Positions 40,908 through 54,659 of a stretch of 64,000 nt of DNA are shown here, piece after piece. The position numbers and the translations under genes are program-made. This stretch comes from the human T2T-CHM13v2.0 reference genome, Homo sapiens. Location: the NCBI RefSeq assembly GCF_009914755.1, contig NC_060932.1. One strand, 5' to 3'. Position 1 is the first letter of the stretch, and the number at the start of each line of letters is the position of its first letter. The notes under the pieces were generated by a model. The model searched no databases. It had not been told where the DNA came from and saw only the letters and a list, made by a program, of their open reading frames with translations.

Positions 40908-43377
40908 CTCTACATCTCATTGTATAGGTGATGAGATGATGAAACTACAGCTCAAAGAGGTAAGATGACATTCCAAGCACACAACCAGTAATAATAGAGC
41001 CTACATTTGACATAGGTTAAGTAGCTCGAAAGTTTCTGCTGGTCCCACTACAGGGCACTGATCCTGAATTTTCTATAACCTTAAGTAAAACATTCAACTT
41101 CTTGGTATCTCCATGTTCTGATTTGTCCAAATGAAGATGTCACTGTCTGTCTTGCTCTCCTGAATATAGTTTTTTAATAATTAAATAAGGTCTCACATCT
41201 GAAAGTGTTTCACAAAGATTTTATTTTTAGAGGGAATGTTAGCATGGTGATGGAGAGCACAGACTCTGCTGTCAGGACGACCAGAGTTCAAAACCTAGCT
41301 CTGCTACTTGTTTTCCCTATGACCTTGGCCAGCCTTGTTGAGGTACCTCTCTTTACCTCACTTTTCTTATCTGTAAAATGGGAGATGAAAATAGTGCCTC
41401 TTGGTAAGATGGTTGAGTTAGATAGCATATGAAATGGGTTTAGACAATTGCCTGATACATGCTAAGTAAGGGTTAGCTCTTATAAGTCTTATTATAAATA
41501 TACCTGCACATATCTAATTATGAAGGATCTAGATTGAGAATCCAGCCAGATTCACAAACCCACATCCCAAGCACCTCTGTCAACAGCCCCTATAGTTTGT
41601 AGGAGCAAACCCAAACCACACTAAATCAGGTAGAGCAATTCAGACGATTAAAGAGCCTCTAACTCAGAGGCAAACAACAAACTACGCATTCTTTCCCTCA
41701 CTGCCACCAGAAGACTAAAAATGAAATTGATTGGACAAAGGTAGAGTTGAATTACATGATATGGGGTTGAAAAGACTATGCTGTGGACAAGCTTCAGGGT
41801 GTACTCATTAAGAGTTACAGAATATTTTATCTTGAAGGAAAAACTCTCCATAGTATTAATTATTGCAAAAGAGCCCCACAGGATTAAATCGTAAATGTAC
41901 CTGTGTGTACTGACCTTCGGGGAGTTGTTGTAAATTTTCATTGGCAGCATCCTCCTCTAAGAATCTATTTGAAAAATTCCCAAGTTGATGCTTGTAAAAG
42001 GTATAAGATCAACTTAATACAGAAATTTAATTTCAGGCTGCCGATTGATACAGTGACAGTGCGTGACTACATTAGTTTTAGGTCCTAGGTTCCAACAGAG
42101 TGCCGGCCTTTCAATGAACCAAATATAAAGTCACTCCACTTTAGAAATAATTTTCACATTGATTCTGAACAGTCACAGTGAGTGGGTTCTTCACTGTGAA
42201 CATTCCAGTGGAGAATAAGACAATCATTAAGAAAATTGGACTCACAGGTAAACATTCCCATCTGCAGTAAAACTAAAGTAAAGAAAAACTATTGATTCAT
42301 TCAATTAATTCATTCAAAGTAGTTATTGAATGCCTGTGTTTTGTGTCAGGACTGTTTTAGAGGTTGGAGATAGTAAGACTGATATGAGCCTTGTCCTCCA
42401 ATGAGGGGAGACAAGCAATGCACAACTGAACAAATCCACAAATGGGATGATTTCAGATAGTGGTGAGTACAATGAAAGAAATAAACAAAGAAATAATGCG
42501 AAGAGTTGGGAGCTTCAAGAAAGAGACAGGAAAAAAGAACACCCAATAATGCTTTAAACTCATTGAACAAATATTTCACAGCTGAAAAGTTCAGGCCTGA
42601 TCATGAGGGATCTTGCACCTTTCCAGCTTATTAGTCTTTAATTCATTCTTAAGGCACCAACCTGTCCTCATGGTTCAAGATGACTAAAGAGTTCTAGCCA
42701 TCACATCTCTGTTCCAAGCAGCAAGATGGGCAATAATGAAGACAAGGAAATATCTCATCCCTTTGGAAGACTGCCTAGTATTCCTACAGGACACTTATGC
42801 TCCCACTTCATTACTCTGAGCTAAGTCACTTGGTCTTACATACCTGCAAGAGGATGTGAAATGTAGTCTTTAAGTCGGGTAGTGACGTGTCCAATGAAAA
42901 ATTGCAGTTTTGTTAATGTGAAAGGAAAGAGAAGATAAAATATTGGGCAGAAAGCCAACAGTGTCTGCCATGAGGGATACTTTAGAATGCATAGTCACAA
43001 ATGGTTTTCTGCCAACATAGTATTTGACCTACAGCCTGAAGAGGTAAGAAGGAACAGATACTTGAACAACTCTAGGAAAATCATGAGCAAAGTGGTGAGA
43101 ACAAAGGCCCTGGAGTGGACATAAGTGTGGCTTTTTAAAGAAGGAAGAGAAGATGTGTGAGAGGTATGACTTGAGTGTTGGGAGCCAGGCAGAAAATGGC
43201 CTGGGTAAGAACAGAGGTTAGCATGGGTGGGTCACACTGGGCTTTCAATGGCAAATTGGTGAAGGTTTTGAGCAGAGAAGAGATGAGATCAGATTTACAA
43301 GTTTGTAAGATTACTCTAGATGCTCTGTGGAAAATGAAGAACAGGGAAGATGAGTCGAAGTTTGGGAAAAATATATA

Positions 43378-45606
43378 GGCTTCTGATAAAATTCAACATC
43401 CCTTCTTGTTAAAAACTCACAATAAACTAGGTATTCAATGAACATATCTCAAAATAATGAGAGTCATATATGACAAACCCACAGCCATTATTATACTGAA
43501 TGGGCAAAAACTGGAAACGTTCCCCTTGAAAACCGCTACAAGACAAGGATGCCCTCTCTCATCACTCTTATTCAACATAGTATTAGAAGTTCTGGAAGAG
43601 AAATCAGGCAAGAGAAAGAAATTAAGGGCATTCAAATAGGAAGAGAAGAAGTCAAACTATCAATGTTTGCAGATGACATGATTCTGTATCTAGAAAACCC
43701 CATCATCTAAGCCCAAAAGCTTCTTAAGCTGATAAGCAACTTCAGGAAAGTCTCAGGATACAAAATCAATGTGCGGAAATTGCTAACATTTCTATACACC
43801 AACAACAGCCAAGCTGAGAGCCAAATCACAAAAGAACTTCCATTCAAAATTGCCACAGAAGAATAAAATGCCTAGGAATACAGCTAATAAGGGAACTGAA
43901 AAATCTCTACAAAAATAACTACAAACCACTGTCCAAAGAAATCAGAGATGACACAAAGAAATGGAATAATATTCCATGCTCATGGATAGGAAGAATCAAT
44001 ATCATTAAAATGGCCATTTTGCCCAAAGCAATTTATAGATTCAATGCTATTCCCATTAAAATACCATGGACATTCTTCACAGAACTAGAAAAAAATGATT
44101 TTAAAGTTCATGTGGAACCAAAAATGAGCCTGAATAGCCAAAGCAATCCTAAGCAAAAAGAACAAAGCTGGAGGCATCACACTATCTGACTTCAGAATAT
44201 ACTGCAGGGCTACAGTAACCAAAACAGCCTGGTACTGGTACAAGAACAGACACATAGACCAATGGAACAGAATAGAGAACCCAGAACTAAGACCACACAC
44301 CTACAGCTATCTGATCTTTAACAAACCTGACAAAAACAAGCAATGGGGAAAGGAATTTTAATTCAATAAATGGTGCTGGGAGAATTGGCTAACCATATGC
44401 AGAAAATTGAAACTATACCCTTTCCTTACACCATATACAAAAATTAACTCAGGATGGATTAAAGATTTTAATGTAAAACTCAAAACTGTAAAAACCCTGG
44501 AAGACAACCTAGACAATACCATTCAGGACATAGGCATGGGCAAAGATTTCATGATGAAGACGTCACAGGCAATTGCAACAAAAGCAAAAATTGACAAATG
44601 GGATCTAATTACACCAAAGAGCTTCTGCACAGTAAAATAAACTATCAATAGAGTAAACAGACAATCTACAGAATGGGAGAAAATTTTTGCAAACTATGCA
44701 TCTGACAAAGATCTAATATCCACCATCTATAAGAAACTTAAATAAAATTTACAAGAAAAAAACAAACAACTCCATTAAAAAGTGGACAAAGGACATGAAC
44801 AGACAGTTATCAAAAGAAGACATACATGCAGCCAACAAGCATATGAAAGAAAGCTTAATATCACTAATTATTAGAGAAATGCAAATCAAACCCACAATGA
44901 GATACCATCTCACACCAATCAGAATGGCCATTATTAAAAAGCCAAAAAAAGATAGATGCTGGTGAGGTTGTGGAGAATAAGGAACACTTAGACATTGTTG
45001 GTGGGAGTGTAAATTAGTTCAGCCATTGTGGAGGACAGTGTGGCGATTCCTAAAGACCTAAAGTCAGAAATACCATTTAACCCAGCAATCCCATTACTAG
45101 GTATATACCCAAAGGAATATAAATCATTCTCTTATAAAGGGTCACATGCATGTATATGTTCACTGCAGCACTATTCGCAATAGCAAAGACATGGAATCAA
45201 CCCAAATACCCATCAATGATAGACTGGATAAAGAAAATGTGCTACATATACACCATGGAATACTACACAGCCACTGAAAAAAATGAGATCATGTCCTTTG
45301 CAAGGACATGGGTGGAGCTGGAGACCATTATCCTTAGCAAATTAATGCAGGAACAGAAAATCAAATACCACATGTTCTCACTTATGCATGGGAGCTAAAT
45401 GATGAGAACACACAGACACATAGAGGAGAACAACACACACTGGGCTCTATCAGAGAGTGGACGGTGGGGAGGAGGGAGAGGATCAGGAAAAACAACCAAT
45501 TGATACTAAGCTTAATATGTGGGTGATGAAATAATAGGTGCAACAAACCCCCATGACACGTTCTCCCATGTAACAAATCTACACATCCTGCACATGTACC
45601 CCTGAA
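43378..45606 (+). mobile_element. 5'-truncated older L1PA (L1PA13-16-like), ORF2 3' half + 3'UTR
   Basis: [20 protein letters not shown] region, 3'UTR ggagaggatcaggaaaa...caacaaacccccatgacac. Many stops. Confidence 0.9.
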
Positions 45607-45658
<52 letters not shown>

Positions 45659-45680
45659 GTATCTATCTTCTATCTATCTA
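45607..45680 (+). repeat. (CTAT)13 tetranucleotide STR plus degenerate units (GATA on - strand)
   Basis: 13 perfect CTAT units at 45607-45658. Confidence 0.97.
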
Positions 45681-45724
45681 CCCACCTACCCAAAACTCTT
45701 AAGTGGAAGGCATGAAAGGAAGGA

Positions 45725-46190
45725 AAGAAGGCCGCCTTTGTTGTCAAATCTGGATGTCTTCATTTGCCCCCTCCATCTGCTCTCCACCTTTCTCTCCCCT
45801 GCCTTTGCATCAACAGCCATCCTTGCTCTCTGACTTGTCTGCTAATCTGGGTAGTGGTAGGAATGGAGGCAGGACACAAGAAGATCAGGCCACACGAAGT
45901 GAGTGAGTTTGGGGTATTTTTCTGCCTATCTCCCTGCTAAGTTGTCAAGGGTCCACTGGATCTCTCCACTGCACTCAGCTCCTGCTAGGTGAGCTCTTCC
46001 ACACCTGCCCTCCTTAGGACTGGTAAACACTTCTCACCAGCTCAAGGCTAGGAATGGTAATGGGTCCTCACTGTTGCTAGCCCTGGGCTGCTACACGATC
46101 CCTTATAGCTCCCTAAACTTTATCCTCAGCTTTGTAAAGAGTTCAACAATTAAACATTCTCCAGTGACTCAATTTAAATGTACTATCTAA
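45725..46190. mobile_element. ERVL LTR (LTR33-like)
   Basis: gagtgagtttggggtattttt...ctttgtaaagagttc..attaaacattctcc..tttaaatgtactatct. Confidence 0.5.
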
Positions 46191-47876
46191 TTATTAGCTG
46201 GGCAAAGCCAGCAGAGCTACTTTCAAAGTGCCGCGTACTGCGCGCTATCTAACTTTCAAAATAAAATGGTAGGGGTGGAATTATAATCACTGCTTTAAAC
46301 ATGAAGATATTCATTTCTGAAATATTAATTAACATAGAAAGTGGCAGGGGAGCCAGATGTCTTGACATTTCTTTAACCTCCCTTTGTTTCTAACTACAAA
46401 AACCTGACTTTAGTATGTTTTTCTTCTTTCCTTTTATTTCAGTGCTCAAGGTCTATTCATTATTTTTTCTTTCAGGCTCTTTTTTTCCCCTGTGTTATAC
46501 ACACTACATATGTGCACTTGAGGGACTTCCCTGTCAACTTTCTTATGGATAGCCTGTGAAAATGAAGGCACAGAGAAGGCCATTTCTCACCCACCACCGG
46601 TACCTAATAGCAGTAAAGAAAATAAAGCTCAATTCTTGCAAATGACAACCACAGATAATAGATACTACCAAACCAGGAATTTGAGGGTGGATTATAAATC
46701 AAAACAACAAAATATGCAATCAAATAAACAAGCAATAGGAGAAATAAAGGCTCTTTTCATCTATATATTTATCCACTCTCAGCAAAAGTCACTGACTCTG
46801 GAGAATTTGGGCTCCCAGAAATGCCAGTTCTCATTGCTGAGCAAGGTTGGATGCTGACATGTTATTTCACACACCAGGCATCAAGCTGCCACTGTGGTCT
46901 CCATGGCAAAATCTACCAAGCACCTGAGAAGCCTGTGATAGAGGAGTGCGCATTTTCAACATGGGTAAGAAAAATAATAAGGCCCAGCAATGGAAACATC
47001 CACCAGAGCAGAAGTTGACAGTTGTCTTTGACAGCGAAAGGGTCGACTGCTCCTTCACTGTAATTCCATGAGAAGCTGAGTGACACTTTTATACCATGAT
47101 ATGATATCGCTATTTAAGATTTATAATGCTTCTTTTATTCTGTAGGAGACAGAGAGTGGGAAAACCACAGAAAGTATTGTGAGTTTTGCTCATTTTGTGC
47201 TAATTGCCTCAGCTATAAAATAGTTCATGGAGTCTGGACAATATAACAAGCTTGCTTATAACTTATCTTGCTTCTAAATTAGTAGTTTGCTGGTTCTGAA
47301 AATATGGTGTCAATTAATGATATACAGTAGATCTTTTTCCTACAATATGCAGGTGCATAAGATATTACATTGTTTTGTTTTCTTAAACCAGATTAAATTT
47401 GGTTCTGAGTGCCCCCAGAACTACGATGGAATAGCCAATATCTGCCTTTATTAAGGAGTCTTCTTTTCACCTTGGTTGTCCAGAGTCCCAAATAGCTTAC
47501 GTAATCCAGTGAACTTGAGCAGGGGTCCTTCAGCTTCATGGCATCAGGGCTTTCCTTCCAGGAAGCAAAGCCCAAGATCTTTGCCCAGGGCTTCCTAGTC
47601 CATTTAAATGTACCTGCTTTCACCAACTTGGTGCTAAGCTGGGACACAGAGAGCTCTGCCAATGGCTCCCTAGGCCACCAACCTTGGTGTTTGCTTTCCA
47701 CTCCATCCCTTTTGAAACCCATCTATTAGCCCATCCAACAAAGGCACTTTCACCCCTAGGTATTTCACAGAAGTGGAACTTGCTCCTCCAAACTCTTGGA
47801 ATTCACCATTGTCCTCCTCTCTTTGGTCCCAAGGAAAGAGGTCCCTAAGGAAAACTGCACTTTAATCCTCCTCAAT

Positions 47877-48091
47877 CAGGGGTTGACAAACTATGAGACC
47901 TACCAAAGGCCAAATCCAGCCAAAAGCCTCTTTATTTATGGCTTGTAACCAAATTTTTAAAAATGTTTTTAAATAGTCGTATTTCCAAATGGTTATATAA
48001 GTACCTATATAATATCCTTGATATTTCTTCTTGGTCCCAAGTGCCTAAAATATTTACTATCTGTCTCTTTAAGAAAGTTTGCCAACTCCTG
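47877..48091. mobile_element. MER58-type hAT MITE
   Basis: Terminal inverted repeats CAGGGGTTGACAAACT / AGTTTGCCAACTCCTG; gcctaaaatatttactatctg. Confidence 0.8.
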
Positions 48092-48679
48092 CTCTAGATT
48101 CCCACACAAAAGCCCGGTGACCTGGAGTGTCTGGGTCAGACTCTGAAATAGGAAAGTCATTAACAATCCCACTGTAAGCCAGAAAACAAATTAGTATCAG
48201 TTAACTATGAGGAAATGGAAGAAGAAGGGAAATGTTATTTTGATAATTGTCTAAGAATTTGCTACAATATGAGAAAACAGAACTGTGTACCTCAATAAAG
48301 TATGCTGTCATAGAAAATCTTGAAAGTTTCTGAGGACAGGACTCATTTTCATTTTTCTCACTCATGTGCCTGAGTTCCCCTAATTTTGACTTGGTAAATC
48401 CTAGACATAAATCTGGCCCAGTGACCACTACAGAAAACAAGAACGACCATGAAAATAACTACCTGTCTGGTTTTCTACATCCAGCCTCTATGGAAGAGGG
48501 GGACACTCAATACATTCACAGGCCATAATTCCTTCTCAGGCTTTGAGAACACCTATTTTCCTGGTATTAGGGAAGCTAAGGGATGCTGAGGCAGCAGTTT
48601 AGTGACAGCATCACCAGCTTTGCTGCTGGAATCACTCTGTTGTTTTACCACTGGGGTAATAACAAATTACTTTCATCCT

Positions 48680-49640
48680 TACAGTTTTGTTTAGGTATAT
48701 AAGTTATGTTATATAATTTACATACAGTAAAGTACACTCATCTTAAGTATATAGTTTTAAGTTTTGACAAGTAAAGATATCATGCGCTACTACCATATTT
48801 AAAGCATTCTTTTCACTCCAACAAGTTTCCTGGTATCTCTTTTCATTGAATCTAGCCTCTATTCTTCTAACCCAGGCAATCACTGATCTGATCTCTGCTG
48901 TTATACATTAGTTTTTACTGCTTTCTAATCTAGATAAATGGGAAGGATATAGTAAGTATTCTTTTGGTTTGGCTTTTTTGCTCTGCAATGCATTTTTTTC
49001 AGATTAATCCATGTTATGTGTATCTGTGGTTTGTTCATTTATTTTGGTTATTATGAATAAAGCTGCCATGAACATTTAAATATAAGTTTTTGTGTGGATG
49101 TATGTGTTCTGTTTATTTGGTAAAAACTTAGAATTGTTGGGTCATATGATAAGTATATATTTAACTATATAAGACGATAATCGTGTTTTAAGAGTGATTG
49201 TCCCATTTCACATTCAGCAATGTTTGAGGATTCCATTTGACATATATAATGGGTCTCAATTTGGCTTTAATTAGCATTTAATTGATGACTAATGATATTG
49301 AGCATCTTTACACTTGCTTATTATTGTCTGTGAAGTCCATTCAAGTCTTGTGCCAATTTTTGACTTATTATTGAGATGTAGGTATTATTTAGGGATTCTG
49401 GATGTGAGTGTTTTGTCAGATATGTGGATTGCAATTATGTATTGCTTGCATTTTTAGTCTTTTTATGCTATCTTTCAATAAGCAGAAGTTTTAAAATTTA
49501 ATACATTCCAGTTTATCAATTTTTAAATGATTTGTGCTATTTGTGATCTATCCAAGGAAATCTTGCCTGTATCAACTGCAAAGATTGCAAAGATTGTTCC
49601 TTTTGTTTTAACCTTTGTACTATTAAGAACTGGCAGCATT
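48680..49640 (-). mobile_element. Old L1M 3' region, antisense
   Basis: tataatttacatacagtaaagtacac; ccaggcaatcactgatctg; gatgactaatgatattgagcatctt. Confidence 0.7.
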
Positions 49641-51721
49641 TTGCCTCCATATATCTCACCTTAGCTCCAAATTTAATTGTCTGCCTATTTCTTGATTTTC
49701 TAGAAGAATAAGGAGAAGGAAGTAGTGGTATCAGTCAACCATGATTTTGGGTTTTAATGATGTAGAAGACATAGGTAGTGAGGCCTTACAGACATATAGG
49801 GCTAGGAGTTGGAGTTAAGACTGTTGCATAATTCTGGGACCCTTGAAGAACTGCATTTGTTGTGAACACCTATAGATTGTAACAAGTAGAAAACAAAGAC
49901 TGTTGTCTAGACTTGGCTTATGACAGAAAAAATAATTACAAATTCAAGATTTATGTTGCACTGAGGTGTATGTTTTGAACTACACCACTCATGTAAGTTG
50001 GAAACCCTAACCCAAAAATTCAATAGGCCTCAAGCGGTTCCTGTCAGAAACAAATGCAAACTAACCCTCGAAAGAAACTTCTAGAATTCAGGTCACACAA
50101 AATACTCAGTTAAAACAATAACAAAATATATCACCTAACGATGAGCTTGTTATAAGAAAGCATATGAAGAAACAATTTAAATGGCTTAGAGTCCACACAC
50201 AAAATAACAGTGGGATTAGTGTCATAGAAACTTGAGGTATTTGAATGACAGTTTGAAAAAGAACATAAAGTAATCTTATTTAAGATGAATGAGAGTTAAA
50301 GAAAGGAATCAAAACATCAAACAAACACAAAACATTACATGCAAATAATAAAAAGCTTTGGAAACGTAAATAAAACTTGTAGAAGTAAAAGAAAATGCAT
50401 AACCACTGGACCTAAAAACTCAATAAATGTGCTTAACATCAGATAAACACAACTAAAATGGAATTAATGAACAGAAACATGTATCTGAGAAAAAATCAAT
50501 AATGCATCATGAATGATAAGAGACAAAATAGGAAAGCAATGTTTAGAAATGAAGGCAATGAAATGAGAAGGTCCAATATACATCTAATAGGAATTCCTAA
50601 GGAAACTCTAGAGAGAATAACACAATGGCCATATTCATATAAGAAAATAGCTGCTAATTTTTTTAAACTAAGAAAAGAAAGGGGTCTACAAATTCATAAG
50701 TAGAACAATACTGAAAAATAATAAATTAAAAATTAAAAAAAGAAAAATAAATTATCTTTAATAGAAATAGAGACACTGAAATGAAACTTCTCAACAGCAG
50801 TGACAGACATCAAATACCTTTGATGCTAAAGGAAAATAATTGATAACCTAGTTAGCTTAAGCCACACAGAATTGCTGATGTTAAATTATATACCTACAAA
50901 ATGGTAATTACATACAGTTTAGTTACACACCAAATTTTATTCAGACAAATTCTTATTTAACAATGAGGGTGAAATTATGGCATTGTAAGTAAAAGAGAGC
51001 TATTCACAGTTTTATTACAGACACAATTTTGCTTTGTTCATTACTGTACTCCAAGCATCTAGAATAGGGCCTAGTACTCATAAGTAACTAAATGAATACT
51101 TTAATGCTTGGTTGAAATAATAAAAATTGAGTTGAAATCCTATTATTTTCTATTTACAAGTGACACATTTAAAACAAAATAAAAAAACAAAAAAAGGCTT
51201 AAAAGGGACAAGTAAAAAATTCACCAAACTACTACAAATTAAAAGAAAGCTAATGTTGTTGCATGTATAACACAAAACACAGCATAAGCAATTTATTAAG
51301 GATAAAAGCCTCATTAGGGATAAGGAATCACTACATATATTAGTGACATAAGAAAGGTTTTGCTTCAGTAAAAATTAGCCCCGAATCCATATTGTTTAAC
51401 ATGTTTTACTCATATTATATAACCATTACATGTCAGAATGGTGTTCTATTCCACACAGTCATCTGGAAACTCAGGCTGATACAGCCTCTATCGTCTTGTA
51501 ATGGCCCTGTCAGAAATGCAAAACCTTCTTTTTGCCATGGAAAGGTAAGAGAGCACTGGATTTTCTCATGCTATAAATTGAATGCTTCAGCCTGCAAGTG
51601 ACATTTACTTCTTCTCATAGAAACTTTGTATGAACTGGTCACTTTTAGTCTTGCCTTATTGCAGAAAGTCAGGGAATTATTATATTCTACTGTACCCAGA
51701 AGGAGAGAAGAATTATGTATA

Positions 51722-52112
51722 TGCATTAATCAATTTCTGCATTGCTATAAAGAAACACCTGAGGCTGGGTAATTTATGAGGAAAAGAGGTTTCATTGGCT
51801 CATAGTTCTATAGGCTGTACCAGCATGGCTCCAGCATCTGCTTCTGGGGAGGCCGCAGGAACCCTACAATCACGGAAAAAGGTGAAGGGGGAGCAAGTGC
51901 ATCACATGACCGGAACAGGAGCAAGAGAAATAGTCAAAAGGTGCCACCCACTTTTAAATAACCAGGTCCCATATGAACTCATGACCAAGGGGATGGTGCT
52001 AAGCCATTCATGAGGGTGAATGATGCAAACACCTCCCACCAGGCCCCACCTCCAACACTGGGGATTACATTTCAACATGAGATTTGGAGGGGACAAATAT
52101 CCAAACAATATT
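51722..52112 (-). mobile_element. MSTB-like MaLR solo LTR
   Basis: gcattgctataaagaaacacctgaggctgggtaattt...ggggacaaatatccaaac. Confidence 0.85.
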
Positions 52113-52736
52113 AACGAGTGAGCACTGGAAGCCTCTATCATAACAATAGAATTACAGTTCTAAACTTTTATGAGCCTAATATGCCCTCATATAAAGCAAT
52201 ATTTAGCAGCTTTAAAGGAAAAGCACGTCCAATCTACTACCATAAACATAGGTTTCCATGCATTAATTAGTAATTGATAAGCTGACAAAAATTAGTAAGG
52301 ATAAAACAGTTAAACAACATAATAATATATTTTAATGACTCACTTAATAATTACATCTAATAAGCAAACACGGAATTCAACACCCAACAATTACGGAACA
52401 CTTATTCTTTCCAAGAACACAATTATTGAAAAAACAAAAATTTTAAAGTAGAATTTTATACCTGGTGGTAATATCTTTCAAAAAGGAAGTTGAAATAGAC
52501 ACACAAAACATTTTAAAAAATTATCACCAACAAGTCTGTTCTACAGCAATATTAAAGGACATCTTTCTGACAGAAAGACAATGGGACCAGGATGAAATGT
52601 GGATCTACAAAAAGGAATGAAAACCAATGAAAATGGTAAAGACATTGGTAACAATACATAGTCCTTAAAATTGTTTATAAATGACAGTTTAAACAAAAAT
52701 ATTAACTATGTAATATGGGGCTTATAACACATGTTA

Positions 52737-53101
<365 letters not shown>

Positions 53102-53927
53102 TCATCTGGAGGGGAGAAATGGATGTATACCATGATATCATTCTTATACTGCAATGTGAAGTTGTATCATATCACCTGAAGATAGACTGTGATGAGTTAA
53201 AATGTGTACTAGAAACCAAAAAGTAACCACTAGAATAGTAAAATGAAGAAATATACCTAATGATTCAAAAAAGGAGATAAAATGGAAGCAAAACTCAAAA
53301 GGGAGCAGAAACAGAGGCAAAAGAGAAGGAAAAACAGAAGCAAAAGAAAAAAAATAGCACAATGATAGATGGAAAACTAACCCTATCTGTATTCACATTA
53401 AATGTGGTGGTGGAAAATGGTATAACCACTTTGGAAAAAAGTTTGGCAGTTTCTTAAGATTTTAAACATACATATACCATATGCTCCAGTCATTCCATTC
53501 CTAGGTATTTGTACCAAAGAGAAATGAAAGTATATCTTGTGAAAGGCTTGTTCACAAATATTTAAAGTTTCCTTATTTGTAATAGCCTCAAATGGAAAAT
53601 AGCCAAAATGTCCACTAACAGGTGAATAGTTAAATAAATCATGGGATATCCATACAATGTAGTACTCCTCAGGAATAAAATGTAATGCACTATTATACAC
53701 TCATCAGCATGGATAAAGTTTGAGTTATTATATAAGTGAAAGAAGCCAGACAAAAATAATACATAACTAGATGATGTCATTTATATAAAATTCTATAAAA
53801 TGGAAACAAATATAGAGTGACAAGAAGCACATCAATGGCTTCCTGGGGGTGGGTAGGGGACAGGAAGGAGTGGGAGGCACAATGATTTGGAGGATGATGA
53901 TATGCTCATTACCCTGATTATGGTGGT

Positions 53928-54288
53928 TGCTATGGTTTTGTTGTGTCCCCACCCAAATCTTGTCTTGAATTGTAGCTCCTATAATGTCCATGTGTCATGG
54001 AAAGCACCCAGTGGGAGGTAATTATATCATGAGGGTTGGTTTTTTGCATACTGTTCTCATGGCAATGAATAAGTATCATGAGACCTGATGGTTTTTATAA
54101 AGGGCAGTTCCCCTGCACACACGGTCTTGCCTGCTGCCATGTAAGATGTGCCTTTGCCTCCTTTGCCTTCTGCCATGATTGTGAGGCCTCCCCAGCCATG
54201 TGGAACTGAGTCCATTAAGCTTCTTTCCTTTATAAATTACCCAGTCTCAGGTATGTCTTTATTGGCAGCATGAGAACGTACTAATACA
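53928..54288 (+). mobile_element. THE1 (C/D-like) MaLR solo LTR
   Basis: tgctatggttt..tgtgtccccacccaaatct...actaataca. 5-bp TSD GTGGT at 53923-53927 and 54289-54293. Confidence 0.92.
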
Positions 54289-54448
54289 GTGGTGATAAAG
54301 GGTCTATATATGTCAAAACTTATCAAATTACACAGTTTGAATATGTGTGGTTTATTCTGTGATAAAGCTGTTTTGAAAAAAATCTCAATTTCTACTGCTT
54401 CTCTATATCCTCTATCCAAGAAATTCACATCAAATAGACAACATAGGT

Positions 54449-54659
54449 TAGGGGTCAGTAAACTATGGCTCATGAGCCTACCACTTGTTCTTACAAATAA
54501 ACTTCTATTGAAACACAGACATGCCCATTCATTTACAAGTTGTTTTGGCTGATTTCATGCTACAACAGCAGAATTAGGTAGTTATGAAACAAACCACATG
54601 GACCACAAACCTAAAATATTTGCCATCTGACCCTTTAGGAGAAAAGTGTGATGACCCAG
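54449..54659. mobile_element. MER58A
   Basis: aggggtcagtaaactatggc...aacacagacatgcccattcattta...cctaaaatatttgccatctgacccttta. Confidence 0.85.
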
